A DNA stretch of 64,000 nt. Source: Octopus vulgaris (Eukaryota). The DNA lies in assembly GCA_951406725.2 (NCBI GenBank), contig OX597826.1, positions 11,098,001-11,162,000 of the forward strand. The letters are read 5' to 3'. The notes under the pieces are model-generated. The model saw only the letters and a program-made list of their open reading frames with translations. It did not search any database and was not told the origin of the DNA. A program made the translations under genes and the position numbers. Below, piece after piece: positions 13,594-28,038 of this stretch (positions within the stretch are counted from its first letter, which is position 1; each line of letters begins with the position of its first letter).

Positions 13594-13868
13594 GTGGAGG
13601 CGCAATGGCCGAGTGGTTTGGGCAGCGAACTCGCAGTCGTAGGATCACGGTTTCGATTCCCAGTCCGGGCTTTGTGAGTGTTTATTGGGCGAAAACACCT
13701 AAAGCTCCATGAGGATCCGGCAGGGGATGGTGGCGATCCCTACTGTACTCTTTCGCCAAAACTTTCTCTCACTGTTTCTTCTGTTGGCCTGCTCGCTTTT
13801 GAAGCGCATTGTGACCAGCGATGTGTAACAACATCGATAGCCTGGTCGGTCACGATGATCACGATGAT
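13594..13868 (+). mobile_element. tRNA-derived SINE family C (head) with a D1-type tail
   Basis: GTGGAGGCGCAATGGCCGAGTGGTT..GGTTTCGATTCCC; homologous to 19305-19473 and 45579-45964; AAGTAG flanks both ends. Confidence 0.85.
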
Positions 13869-13871
13869 ATA

Positions 13872-14645
13872 AAAGTAGTAGGCATTAAAAATTGGTAATA
13901 AAATCTATTGAAATCTATTGAAAGAAATGATACATGTTCTTTACTGTATAAGTAAATGAAAAGTAAATCAATGGTGTCAAACCTGTTTCCACAAGCGGCC
14001 AGGAATGGAATGAACAACCTTCGTCTTGGATATCATTGAGAATCTCCTGAATCCGTGTGCAAAGTTTTTTCTTGTAACCCCACAGGTGAAAATCACATGG
14101 AGTGAGATCTGGACTACTTGGACTTCTGGACTTCTGGACTCACAGTCAAAGTCTTCAGGTTTTAGCTCCTGCTCATAATGGGGTTTCCACGGACGAAAAT
14201 TCAATTCTTTATGCAACACCGTACGGGCTGTGTGTCTTGTTAGTCCACTTCCACAGGCTGTCTGATGTGTTGGTTTTTGCGTCGATCGGGATGTGGTTGG
14301 ACGGCCACTTCTTGCATCGTTCACAGAGCCCATGGTCATCAACTTTGCATAACAACCTTTTATTGTCTCCGGACGTATTGATGCTTGCCTACCTTTCCAT
14401 GCACGCCACCATCTCTGAACCAAAACAATGGATTTCCACACTTTATTGGGTGCTCTATCTTAGCTCACTCCTGAACAGTCAAGCAACTGACTATCTATAG
14501 AATAAAAAAAATATGAAATAAGACAGTAAGAAAATAAGAAATCCCCATTAGAGTTTGTTTAATAAATAATTTCGTGATGACTTCAGTGATACTGAAATTC
14601 TATAAGCAATTTCTAATGCCTAGTAGTTACTTTCCACCCACCCTG
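13872..14645 (-). mobile_element. internally deleted Tc1/mariner transposon (rosa/DD41D-like)
   Basis: ORF with S..VQR..TGSVNDARSGRPTTSR..LNFRPWKP..QELKPED and an out-of-frame SPDLTPCDFHLWG; inverted ends TAGTAGGCATTAAAAATTG (about 13876) and CAATTTCTAATGCCTAGTAG..CACCCTG (14607-14645). Confidence 0.85.
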
Positions 14646-14656
14646 TGTATGTATGC

Positions 14657-14690
<34 letters not shown>

Positions 14691-14699
<9 letters not shown>

Positions 14700-15040
14700 A
14701 ATTAGGGTATCTACGAGATACCACCATGCTGAAAATAGCAGCCATGAACAGACTCTAAAATCACAAGTTTTCATATAGCAACATGGAGAAATCCGGGATC
14801 TAGAATTATCCAGTAATTTTTTACTAGTTTCATCTTGTCTCTTTGTCTTTTCTCCATGTTGCTATATGAAAACTTGTGGTTTTAGAGTCGGTTCATGGCT
14901 GCTATTTTCAGCATGGTGGTATCTCGTAGATACCCTCATTTATAAATTTATAATTTTAATAATTATTACCTTTGAAGGTTATTTTTTCCAAGCTGACCAC
15001 TTGATAAGTTCGTTATTTTATTTTAAATTAACGATCTTAT

Positions 15041-15042
<2 letters not shown>
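14691..15042 (+). mobile_element. PLE-type fold-back insertion in (TA)n (same family as 58325-58536)
   Basis: Arms at 14691-14791 and 14849-14957, 85-nt unique tail, (TA)n on both sides. Confidence 0.8.
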
Positions 15043-15091
<49 letters not shown>

Positions 15092-15649
15092 TCATTCCTG
15101 TATATGTCTCAGCCCAAAGGCTGTGGCTATGCTGGAGAGCACTGCCAGTGTAATCACCTTTTCACTGGCCATTCTTATTTGATTGGCTTTTGGTGAAGGA
15201 GGGAGTTCCACAATGCTGTCTTCTTTCGAGTTTCTTGCTGTGATAACAAATAATCTATGATGACTTATTTATTTATTTATGTATTTCTAAACACAATCAT
15301 TGTTTAGAAATCTAAAAGCAATCATTGCTGAGTTTCAGAATTTCATTAAAATATCTCTGTTCGGATGTTTAAACAGAGATGGGCAGCCGCCCCCAAAATT
15401 GTGCGTATCTCATTGATTAACAGGTAAGATGATGACAAATGGAAATCAAAATATACTGTTTTCTCTTGTTTTTATTGATAGTAAAAAAAATAACTAATGA
15501 GGATTTTTAAAAATCTATCCTTGTTCTGATCTAAGCGCAATCATTACTGATTTTCAAAATTTTATTAAAATATTTCATTAAAGCATACACACAGACACAC
15601 AGACAAACAGACACACACATACACACACACGTACATACACACGTATTTG

Positions 15650-15920
15650 GAAAGGTTCGTGGTCTAGTGGTTAGATGTGTTGCACTCACGATCGTCATTT
15701 CGATTCTCAGGCCGGCTGCGTGTTGTGATCTTGAGCGAAACACTTCATTTTATGTGGCTCCAGATCACACGGCTGTAAATAGGTAACCCTCCGATGGAGT
15801 AGGCTTCAGACCAGGGGGAATGTTGGCCACCTCACCTAGCTCACAGGAGGAATCATTCGAAAGCTAAAACAATGCATGTGATGGTCTGGTCTGGATCGTG
15901 GATGGTCTGGTCGATCACGT
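15650..15920 (+). mobile_element. diverged SINE family D1
   Basis: GTGGTCTAGTGGTTAG..TTCGATTCTC..TTGAGCGAAACACTTCATTT; similar to 1-240 and 17555-17830. Confidence 0.7.
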
Positions 15921-15998
<78 letters not shown>

Positions 15999-16064
15999 TG
16001 TGTGTGTAAGTAGGTATGTATCATAAAAGTAACAAAAAGAGTGCAGTGAAATTTCCGAGAAAAG

Positions 16065-16097
16065 TCCAACGTTTCGGACAAAATCCTTCCTCAGGGA
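16065..16097 (-). ncRNA. minimal type-I hammerhead ribozyme
   Basis: TCC-CTGAGGA-AGGA ttttg TCC-GAAA-CG-T-T-GGA: intact core, 3-bp stems. Confidence 0.7.
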
Positions 16098-16802
16098 AAT
16101 GCTAGCTGGAGAGAAATTGAAGAGAGGCAACAGGGTTTACATCTTCTAAATAAGAGGAAATGGCAGCAACACACACACACACACAGGATACCGTTTTCTC
16201 CTCTCTTTATCAGCACCATGTTATATTGAGATTTATGACATGTATCTCAAAGGCGATTCAGAGTTGTCTAGGTGTATCCAAATCAATAAGATCTCTTGTT
16301 GAAAAGAAAATAAAGAAAACGAAAAAGAAATAACCTCATAACAAACAATCAAATAAACAAAGAAAAAAAAAGAGAATAAAAATAGAAACAAATCTTATGG
16401 TAAACAATAAAAGATAACAAGCAATTTATACGCATGACAGTAACTCCACATAAAAATTATTGACTTTTGGATTTGAGCACTTTAAAATATCTATTTTATT
16501 GTATTTCTATATTTTTATGAGGTATTGATATAAACATAAAAGGAAGCATAAAGTAGAAGTAGTTTAGTTATACCCCAATTTATGACTTTTCGTTTCCTTC
16601 ATTTCAGGTTCACCTTAATATGATGAAAATAGAATTGGTTGGGGGAAAAAAAAACGAAATAAAACTAAGTCAGGTTTTGTGACTCAGTTATAACGCCGAG
16701 TTCGACAGGATGACTTGGATAATAAAACAGAACCGTAACATCTTCTTCTGTTGGTTTTTTTCTCACGTTGGACACAATGATCTTTCGAAGATAATATTAA
16801 TA

Positions 16803-16971
16803 ACTGGCGGCGCGTGGGTAGGCGTTCACTGAGCCCCACGCGGAATTTGGATGGAGGATGCCCGAGATCCTAGAAAACACACAGACAGACAGAACGGATT
16901 TTATATAAAAGAAACATATATATGAGTGCGTGCGCGCGTGTAAGATATTAGAGGTTGAAGAATACGTATAA
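16803..16971 (-). mobile_element. mini Helitron-like element plus shared flank, duplicated at 19831-19950
   Basis: GGATGCCCGAGATCCTAGAA..(GACA)n GAACGGATT..GAGTGCGTGCGCGCGTGTAAGATATTAGAGGTTGAAGAATA is present twice. Confidence 0.55.
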
Positions 16972-17554
16972 TGGTATAATTGGTATTTTCCACCTTCATT
17001 CACTTTTAAACTGCAAGCAACACTAAGAATATTAATTGTTTTTCGATTCTTAGCCGTATCCCCTTGTTTGGAGAAACCTAGCAGGCATCAGTTTCAGTCG
17101 ATTAAATCGATACCAGTACACAACTGTTACTTTTATCGACCTAAGACGGATGAAAAATAGAGTTGACCTCAACACGATTTGAACTCAGAATGTGAAATGC
17201 CGAAAATAAGTACCGCCGTCAATTTTTGTCCGACACTCAAACGGTTCTGCCAATGCAATTAATCGCACAGCGTTTTCGTCCTGTTTTTAATAATGTGTAC
17301 TTACGACACCTAGCTACGCCTAAATGAATCCAGCTACCGCGAATTAAGTGTCTAGAACACATCCACAGCGTGTCTAGAACATGTCCAGAGCGAGTATCTT
17401 CAGTTGTCATAAACAAGACTCAGATTGCTTAAAAAAATAAAGCTGGAATACACTTAAATTACAATGTGTTTCAACAAAAAACATTTACTGGAACTTTCGG
17501 ATGATTGCATGGAATGAACTTAATAATAATGGAAGTTTAATTATAATTTTGTAA

Positions 17555-17830
17555 AAGCACGTGGCCAAGTGGTTAGGGCGTTGCTCGCAAAATCGCGGTT
17601 TCGATTCCCAGACAGGAAGTGCATACTGTTCATGAGTAAAATACATCATTTCACCTTACTCCAGTCCACTCAGCCATAAACGGATAACTTTTAACGAATT
17701 GGCGTTTCCATTAAGGGAGAATGTTGACCTGCCCGCAGAGCCAGCAGGTTGGCATCATTTGAAAGGTGCGAGGAAGCGCACTGTGACTAGTGTTGTTTAA
17801 CAACATCTGAGAGTTTGGCTGATACAGCGA
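17555..17830 (+). mobile_element. diverged SINE family D1
   Basis: GTGGCCAAGTGGTTAGGGCG..GGTTTCGATTCCC..CATTTCACCTTACTCCAGTCCACTCAGC. Confidence 0.75.
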
Positions 17831-18257
17831 ATGATAAAAAAATATATTGCATACTTTATATGGATAAATAGAAATAAATAATTCAATAATGTAAGTTCAT
17901 AGTAAATGATCTGTCTTTAAAATAAGATGAGTATTTTTGTAAAGAAATTCAACAAGCGTTGATTGAATCGCACTCAACACATTCCTGGTATTTGTTCTGC
18001 TTACCTTCGAACTTAGAGCATCTAGTGTTAACCCTAACATGCCAACTGTTTCAACACCATCAACATATGGACATTGGGTTTACTGGAGTTCTGATGTTGC
18101 AACCATTTAGACAAGACCCTCGTTGATTTCTCCAAGATTTTTGTGTTGAAAGTCTTTTGTTCTGACACCAACTGGTAGTCCATAGCGCGAACTCTAGTGT
18201 AGCACCCACCAAAACAAGATGCATAATTCGATAGCCGCATAATGGCGTTGTATAATT

Positions 18258-18488
18258 ATTTCTTTACTACCCACAAGGGGCTAAATACAGAGGGGACAAA
18301 CAAGGACAGACATAGGTATTAAGTCGATTACATCGACCCCAGTGCGTAACTGGTACTTAATTTATCGACCCCGAAAGGATGAAAGGCAAAGTCGACCTCG
18401 GCGGAATTTGAACTCAGAACGTAGCGGCAGACGAAATACCGCTAAGCATTTCGCCCGGCGCGCTAACGTTTCTGCCAGCTCGCCGCCT
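18258..18488 (-). mobile_element. SINE A, full length with TSD
   Basis: Near-consensus copy; TSD TAATGGCGTTGTATAAT / TAATGGCATTGCATAAT. Confidence 0.93.
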
Positions 18489-19135
18489 AATGGCATTGCA
18501 TAATATTGCAATGTTTCCTGCCAGTTGGTATGCTGACATTGAAAATGATCAAGTGAAATACTAAAGCAATTCCTTATTGCGTGATAAAATATTTGATGAA
18601 GATGGACATAATCAACTGATTGAAATAATTCCAGTATATCCTTCAGACTTGTTATAATCAACAAAATATGAAGTTAATCGCAGCAGAATTAGAATACAGA
18701 AAGAATTGTGAGTACAGAATGAAATCCTCTAAGCAATAGGCTCTATCACTTTACTGTTCTTTCTGTTTTACTCTCTTCACATCTCTATTGTTTTCGAATA
18801 CAAACACAAGGGTTCAAATTCGGGGGAGGCGTTTAGTCGAACATGTCACCCCAGGACATTGAATGCTGTTTTATTCTATAGATATGAGAAGCTTGAAAAA
18901 GCAATGGCTGAATCGTTAAAAAGTTCGAAATGCAACAACATTGTTTCGGGTTCAATTTTCCTGCGAGACACTTTAATGTCGGGTCGACCCAAGTAATTTA
19001 TTTATTATTAAATATAATAATACAAATTATCTTTACATGTCTTAAGTTACGAAACAATTTCTCTTGATATTTGAATTTTCTTACTGTTAAATAAATTTCC
19101 CTCATACTATTTCTCTGTCATTTATATATATATAC

Positions 19136-19200
<65 letters not shown>

Positions 19201-19304
19201 CAAAACGCCTCCCCCGTCCAATGGACGGTGCTGAGTTGTCAAACATTTTTTTTTTGTACTTGTTTCAGTCATTTGACTGCGGCCATGCTGGAGCACCGCC
19301 TTTA

Positions 19305-19473
19305 GAGTGGTGAAAGAGTACAGCAGGGATCACCACCATCCCCTGCCGGAGCCTCGTGGAGCTTTTAGGTGTTTTCGCTCAATAAACACACACAACGCCC
19401 GGTCTGGGAATCGAAACCGCGATTCTCCGACCGCAAGTCCGCTGCCCTAACCACTAGGCCATTGCGCCTCCAC
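19305..19473 (-). mobile_element. SINE C 5' half fused to a SINE B tail (19255-19303)
   Basis: Near-identical to 45800-45963. Confidence 0.85.
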
Positions 19474-20125
19474 ATTTAAACCATTTAAACCAAATTTTCT
19501 CAAAACAACTTGTCCAACCGCCCCATAGGCCTCCCCTTGGAGAAACACTGATTTAACCTAAATTTGAGACACCAACAAAAGAAGAAATAAAGATAGACTT
19601 TTTTTTCTATTCCAACGAAAAACGATTTTATTCAGACAAATATGCAACCGAAGAGTTCAAAGTACCATAAGTACACCGCAACAGCTGATGTACTTGCGCG
19701 TACAAATGCACGTTCCCACGGCTTTATCGATCGCATTCTCACTTGGAATCGATTTTTGTAATGTTTTCAAGACTTATACACGCCCTGATACCGTCGGTAT
19801 CTACATATCAAATTTGAGCGGAATCGGAGGGAGGATGCCCGAGATCCTAGAAGACACACAGACAGACAGACAGAACGGATTATATTTAAAAGAAATATAT
19901 ATGAGTGCGTGCGCGCGTGTAAGATATTAGAGGTTGAAGAATATGTATAATATGTACTTATGTATGTATGTGTGCACGTATATACGTATTTATGCATGTA
20001 TGCATGTATATATGTATGGATGTGTATATATATATATATGTATATATCTGTAGGCTAGTAGAAGGCTGATGAATATGTATCTATATACACACATACACAC
20101 ATATACATATATATATATGTATATC

Positions 20126-20248
<123 letters not shown>

Positions 20249-20343
20249 TTATGTATATAGTTACATAAATGCATAAATGGGTGATGGAAAGAGGTAGGAG
20301 TGAAGAGGGAGTAGAACACTCTTCGTTCAATCCAGACCACAAA

Positions 20344-20378
<35 letters not shown>

Positions 20379-20699
20379 AAAATCGAAAAATACAAAAAGC
20401 CAACAACTTTAAACAACAACAGCAACAACAACTGCAAGAACAAATAATTAAATATTAAAATCTCCAGAACCTTCGTGAACCGTGTTACAATAAAAACAAC
20501 AAAGCCGTCAAGCTGTTCACAGCTTCCATTTTGATGACACTTGCTCTTCTGTCCCCAAGTCTATCCCTTCCTTTCTTTACACCATCACCATCACTACCAT
20601 AGTCTCTCTCTCTCTCTCACGCGCTCTCTCTGTGTCTCACTATCACTTGTTCTCTCTCTCTCATGCGCACGCCATATTTATATATATATATACACACAC

Positions 20700-20773
<74 letters not shown>

Positions 20774-20884
20774 ATATATATATATACATATATACAGACA
20801 CGCATATATATATATATGTATATATACATTCACACACACATATATATGTATATATATACAAACACATATGTGTATGTATGTATG

Positions 20885-20915
<31 letters not shown>

Positions 20916-20975
20916 TTGTAAATAGTAAGGGATTACCCCAAAACGATTATGTATGTGTATAGACATACATATATA

Positions 20976-21019
<44 letters not shown>

Positions 21020-21082
21020 GTGTATATATATATGTATATACATACATATGTATGTATGCACACAACGCACACACATAAACGC

Positions 21083-21119
<37 letters not shown>

Positions 21120-21514
21120 CACACACATATACATACAAAGACACACATATTTCTTCCGTAATTTCCGTCACCAACAACACCGCCATTGCCACCATCGCTT
21201 TGGCTTTTTTCCAGTCAATTTGCCATGTTCATCGAGGTCACATGTGTAAATGACACAATCGGCAAACGATGGACCTTCGCCAGTTTCCGCTTCTCCATGC
21301 TTCTCTCTCTCTCTCTCTCCCTCCCTCTCTCTGTGCCTTTCTATCTATCTTGCTTGGCCTCCAACTGCAACTCTTTTACCTGTCCTTTTCCCACACCACC
21401 TCCCTCAGGATAACCGCTTCTGTTTTTTTAATTGTTATTTCCGCCTCCATCTTCGTTCCCTTTTTTAATCCTGCCTGCCCGCCTGCCTGCCTGCCTTCTT
21501 TCCTTCCTTCCTTC

Positions 21515-21563
<49 letters not shown>

Positions 21564-21584
21564 CATCCATCCATCCATCCATCC

Positions 21585-21659
<75 letters not shown>

Positions 21660-21893
21660 CATCCATCTATCCATCCATCTATCTATAACTGTTTCAATGC
21701 ATATTTTCCCTCTTCTTTCGTATTCCTCCTCCTCCTCCCCTATCTCCCTCTCCTCTTCCTCCCTCTCGCCTTCCTTCTCAAGCTATCGTCTGTCCACTTC
21801 GCTTCCCATACTGACACTTTGCCATCCGATCATATCCCGTCTACTTGAGCTCAACGGATATTGACTCTCGATGCAATAATGACCACTCCTTGG

Positions 21894-21953
<60 letters not shown>

Positions 21954-22225
21954 ACATGTCAATAGTTTCTTGAATATGCACACGCAAATACAAACATATA
22001 CGCTGGAACCAAATGAGAGATCCCACAGATAGGCACAGAACTTGCTAGCTATGATGGGATGGTCATTGCTGGAATACCTTTGGTCAAAAAATCTGCTCAA
22101 CCCATATTGATCCGAGATTAAGTAATAATGAAGCAGATAAATTCCCACATATCCACACTCTCACCTATATAAACATACACGCACCCAAATATATGCATAT
22201 ATAAACATGTGTCTATCTATCTATC

Positions 22226-22436
<211 letters not shown>

Positions 22437-22437
22437 T

Positions 22438-22525
22438 GAGGGGGTGCTGAAAAGTTCCTGGCTTCAGGTAAAAAGAATACAGGAGGATAAATTAATAATG
22501 AGTTTACTCAACATATTCCCCGCTC
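22438..22525. mobile_element. single end of a mariner-like element
   Basis: GAGGGGGTGCTGAAAAGTTCCTGGC resembles mariner TIRs; no partner end seen. Confidence 0.4.
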
Positions 22526-23320
22526 TTACCTGTGCACAGGTAAGACGTCGCAATACCTGAGCTGGGAGTTAAATCCATATTTTCGAGTATATTCAAGCAT
22601 ATGATGCCTTTGGTGGCACGCTAAACCATGTGTCTTAGAATCAAACTTCCTCCGGGAAGGTTTCAGGTTCAATCCGCACTGAAGGTAGCATTTCGAAAAC
22701 AGCAGGAGGACAGATAGGAGTCGTGGCATAGATAGGACCGGCTCTCATACAGCGGGGTCAGGAACTAAATGGACAAAACATTTGCTTGACGGTAGTTCTT
22801 ACGTTTAAGAATTCATCTGCTGTCCGCTTTCTGTGTGTGTGTGTCTATGTATGTTTAGCCCCTGAGCAAATCTACTTCTCGACTTCAGTCGTTTGAATAA
22901 TCGGCAGCATGAAACCCAGTCACAATGAAAGAAGTTTCAGCTTCTAATGAAATATACACAATCTACTTTATATATTGAGTGCTTTATTCTTCGTTTATAA
23001 ACATAAACGTTCATTAATTCATACACCCTTATACACACATGCATATATATTCATGTATGTATGTATGTATGTATGTATGTATGTATGTATGTATGTATGT
23101 ATGTATGTATGTATGTATGTGCGTGTGTGTGTGTGTATGTATGTGTGTGTATGTGTACACAGCTATCTCTTCCCCCGCGTTCATAGTCTCATAAACATGC
23201 ATGTATACTAGCACAGAGTAACGAATGCAAACACATTCATGCATAAACCCTTCCACATATATACACACATACATAAACACACCCCAGATATATAAGTATA
23301 TGTGTGTATATATATATATG

Positions 23321-23396
<76 letters not shown>

Positions 23397-23402
23397 TATC
23401 TC

Positions 23403-23886
<484 letters not shown>

Positions 23887-23887
23887 C

Positions 23888-23939
<52 letters not shown>

Positions 23940-25414
23940 GTATATGTGTAATTACAGATACATATACAAACGCCATAAACGCATTCACTCATGCAATGAC
24001 ACGGACACTGATACCCTGCAAGCTGTGCGCCATCACAAGTTTATATAACTGCTGTTGGCAGCGGGCGATGGAATGGTCATAATAGATTTAACAACTTCTC
24101 GGCTAAAACGTGACACAAATTTGTCTGGGAACGATGGCAATACATTAGTTGTAAAGACCTTAGCCAATTATATTCAAACTTCCATGGCTAATTTCAGCAG
24201 ATGCAGATACAGAAGATAATATTGGAAGAGAGTGGGAAGAGGACGGAAGAACATCTCCAACATGACGGATAAATCAATGATCTCTGTCACTCCTTTTATT
24301 TTCATTTAATTTCTCGGCAATTCCTTTATTCCCTTTTAACTTTCACTCACTTTTCAAATCATATTCATTTTCTCCTCTTCCACGCCTTTTCTCTCTTCGT
24401 TCGTTCGTTACTTCTATTTATCTCCGTTCCAAACTCGTTGTCTCTTTCTTTCGATTTCACAATTCTCTCATTCACATTCTTTTTATCTATCTCTTCTGAT
24501 TCTTGATATATTTTTCGTTTTTGTGGTTTCATTATCTACATCATCTCATTTCTTGTGTTATTCTCCTTATTATTGAATCTTGCACCTCTTTCTTCCACAA
24601 GCTGGTCTCATTTCTTGTTCCCCGCCGTCAATCGTTTAGCTATAAATATTGAGTTAATGTTTCTTAAATATGTGTGATGCTAAAATGGTTGCATCTCTTA
24701 TTTTCATGCACACAAACACGCCCGTTGGTAATGCAACTAATGTCTCCCTCTCTCTCTCTTTCATCCCACAATCACGCATATATAAACATATGTGTGTAAG
24801 TATATACGGTAATATATATGCATATATGTATGCATGCATGCGTGTATGTATTTATGGATGAATGGACGAATAAATTTTGAACTAATAAATGATAAATATG
24901 TTTGATACAAAATGTATCGAGGGCAGTGGATTGACGGAATCGAACGAAATGCCTTGCGGTGTATCTGACGGCTCTTTACCTCTCTTCAATCTGGGATCAA
25001 ACCCGAATGGGGTTCAATTTATACTTTCATCCGAACGGCATCGATAAAATAATGTATCAATCAAATGCTGTAGCCGATTTTAATTGACTAATCCCTCCTC
25101 ACCGCAAAAATTTATGGTTCTGGGCAAATATTAGAAATCAATATAAACGATATCAAACTACATATATGAATAACAATTCACGAGCTAACGGAAACCAAGC
25201 CAGTTATAGGTGTTATACTTTACACCGCAGAGAGCTCGTGGCATTTAGATACAAATGTATACATCTACGACTGGTCATTTCAACATGCTCCCGTCACGCA
25301 GTGTGGCTTGCTATTTATAATTTACATAGATTTTTAAGGCGTGACCCGGCAGAATCGTTGGCAGACCCGACGAAATGCCGTTAATTTCAGTGCCTTGTGC
25401 CTTTAGTAGAAAGG

Positions 25415-25415
<1 letters not shown>

Positions 25416-25455
<40 letters not shown>

Positions 25456-25555
25456 TACAACCACCTACACCACCACCACCACCACCACCACCACCACTAC
25501 CACCATCATCATCACCAGCACCACCATCATCACCATCATCATCGTCCCATCGTCG

Positions 25556-25615
<60 letters not shown>

Positions 25616-25698
25616 CCACCACCACCACCACCACCACCACCACCACCACCACCACCACCACCACCACCACCACCATCACCATCATCGTCCCATCGTCG

Positions 25699-25758
<60 letters not shown>

Positions 25759-25772
25759 ACAGCAGCAGCAGC
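25416..25772. repeat. compound (CAT)n/(CAC)n/(CAG)n trinucleotide block
   Basis: Visible run; the internal motif CATCGTCCCATCGTCGTC occurs twice. Confidence 0.95.
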
Positions 25773-25990
25773 AGGGCAGTGAGCTGGCCGAATCGTTAGC
25801 AACGCCGGGCAAAATGCTTTGAGTTTCGTCCGCCTTCATGCTCTGAGTTCAAATTCTGCCGAGGCTGACTTTGCCGTTTACCCTTTCGGAATCGATACAA
25901 TACATACCAGTTGAGCACTAGGGTCGATGAAATCGAATTACCCCCTCCGCCTCCCGAAATTGCTGGCCTTGTACCAAAATTGAAACCAAT
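25773..25990 (+). mobile_element. older SINE A-related copy
   Basis: GGCAGTGAGCTGGCCGAATCGTTAGC..GAGTTCAAATTCTGCCGAGG; related copies at 24920-25140, 30650-30858(-) and 63565-63718(-). Confidence 0.8.
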
Positions 25991-26281
25991 ATACACAGAC
26001 TTTTGATATTGTCTATATGAGAGCTGTCAGCCATTTACTCTTACTAGTTTACTTGTTTCAGTCATTTGACTGTGGCCATGCTGGAGCACCGCCTTTAGTC
26101 GAGCAAATCGACCCCAGGACTTATTCTTTGTAAGCCTAGTACTTATTCTATTGGTCACTTTTGCCGAACTGCTAAGTTACGGGGACGTAAACACACCAGC
26201 ATCGGTTGTGAAGCGATGTTGGGGGGGGGGGGGCAAACACAAACACACAAGCATATACACACACATACATACATACATACA

Positions 26282-26331
<50 letters not shown>

Positions 26332-26359
26332 CATATATGTATGTATGTATATATATATA

Positions 26360-26832
26360 GATCAATAAATGGTGGGGTTGTGTTGACCGCACGTGGAGAA
26401 ATGATAAGCAAGGAAAAATTGTAAAAAAGCAGAATGCTAAATTGAAAGAAAATTTTAATGAAAATGGGTGTATGGAAAAAGTTTTTGAAAAATTGATAAA
26501 ATATATATATATATTAATTCAAACCGGTTTTCGTCATAATGTGACTTTTCAAGAATTGTAAAGGAAATTTTTTTTTTTAATGTGAGAAGGGGGAAAAAAG
26601 AAAATTACATTGTTTTTTGCAAAAAAATAATAATAAATATATACAAAAATTAAAAAATAAGTACTCCGATACATTGTAAATTCTTTGTGTAACTTGAGTT
26701 GAATGATTGTTCACGAAAAAATTACCTTGAAGTATTAGGATCCAATGGGATTAAAACCATGTGTTGTTTAGTTTAATTAAGGGTGTTGGCATTCAATTTA
26801 GCATTCTGCCTTTTTACAATTTTTCCTTGCTT
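26360..26832 (-). mobile_element. PLE-type fold-back insertion with an HHR
   Basis: ATAAGCAAGGAAAAATTGTAAAAAAGCAGAATGCTAAATTG (26404-26444) is inverted at 26793-26833; tail at 26360-26403; HHR at 26516-26557. Confidence 0.75.
26516..26557 (-). ncRNA. hammerhead ribozyme, U3:A8 core variant
   Basis: AATTC-TTGAAAA-GTCA catta TGAC-GAAA-ACCGGT-T-T-GAATT. Confidence 0.7.
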
Positions 26833-27005
26833 ATATATATATATATATGTATGTTACTTTTCCTCTCTGCGTGTGTGGATTGTTTTCAAGTATTTTGGTT
26901 TCTCTGGGAGTCCCTTTTTAAGGTAGAAGAAATAGCTAAGGTTTTTGGCTGCTATTTCTAAACTTCGGTATGTGGTAAAGCAAATCTTTGCGGAACCCTA
27001 ATTAT

Positions 27006-27081
<76 letters not shown>

Positions 27082-27661
27082 CATATATAAACGACGGACT
27101 TCTTTCAATTTCCGTCTACCAAATCCACTCACAAGGCTTTGGTCGGCCCGAGGCTATAGTAGAAAACACTAGCACAAGGTGCCACGCAGTGGGACTGAAC
27201 TCGGAACTATGTGGTTGCAAAGCAAGCTACTTACCACACAGCCACTCCTACGTCTACTTGTTTATGATTTATTCAAGCTGTGTGGCTAAGAAGCTCGCTT
27301 TGCAGCAACTTGCTTTTAGGTTCAATCCCACTGCGCAAGCGTCTTTTACTGTTGCCCCCGGGTCGACCAGTGTCCTGTGAGTAAATTTGTTGATGGAAAC
27401 TGTGTGGAAGCCCGCCATGTACATACATACACTTGTAGATAATCGAAAGTTTCGATTCGGGCATGGGAAGGTTTCTTCCCCTGTCGGCGTACGTGTATAT
27501 ACATATATACATTTGGACACTTACAGCACAAGGAGTATTTTACTCCTATTTCTAGCAATATAGGTATCTCGGTACCCTTCGTCACCTTTAGAGACGACTG
27601 AATTTTTGTTTATGGTATCGTATTACTCCCAGCTGTTTATATATATATATATATATGTATG

Positions 27662-27717
<56 letters not shown>

Positions 27718-27720
<3 letters not shown>

Positions 27721-28038
27721 CGGAGATGTACTTGCACAGCGAGTGACTTGATCTGAGATCGTGTGCTGGAACGAAAACAATTGCAGCGTGGAAGGTGTTT
27801 ATAAACCATTTAAGAAACACACAAAAGCCGTTAGATTCACTTCAACATTTAAATTTAATTTATCAAAATATTTTCGTCGCTTTCAGACCGCGACCTCTTC
27901 ACTGACAAAACTTCGTGCTGCATCGAAGTTTTGTCGGGAAAGAGGTCGCGGTCTCAAAGCGACGAAAATATTTTGACAAATTAAATTTAAATGTTGAAGT
28001 GTGTTTCTTAAATGGCTTATAAACACTTTCCATGCTGC

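Larger units (their letters stand above)
26040..27252 (-). mobile_element. SINE B split by insertions into its internal microsatellite
   Basis: 3' half at 26040-26270 and 5' half at 27090-27252 are collinear; about 650 bp of foreign sequence lies in the (TA)n between them. Confidence 0.85.

Noticed and set aside
14691-15042. MITE or pre-miRNA reading of the hairpins
   Set aside because: The arms are not both terminal (one-sided tail), inner breakpoints vary between copies, and several related hairpins carry HHRs.
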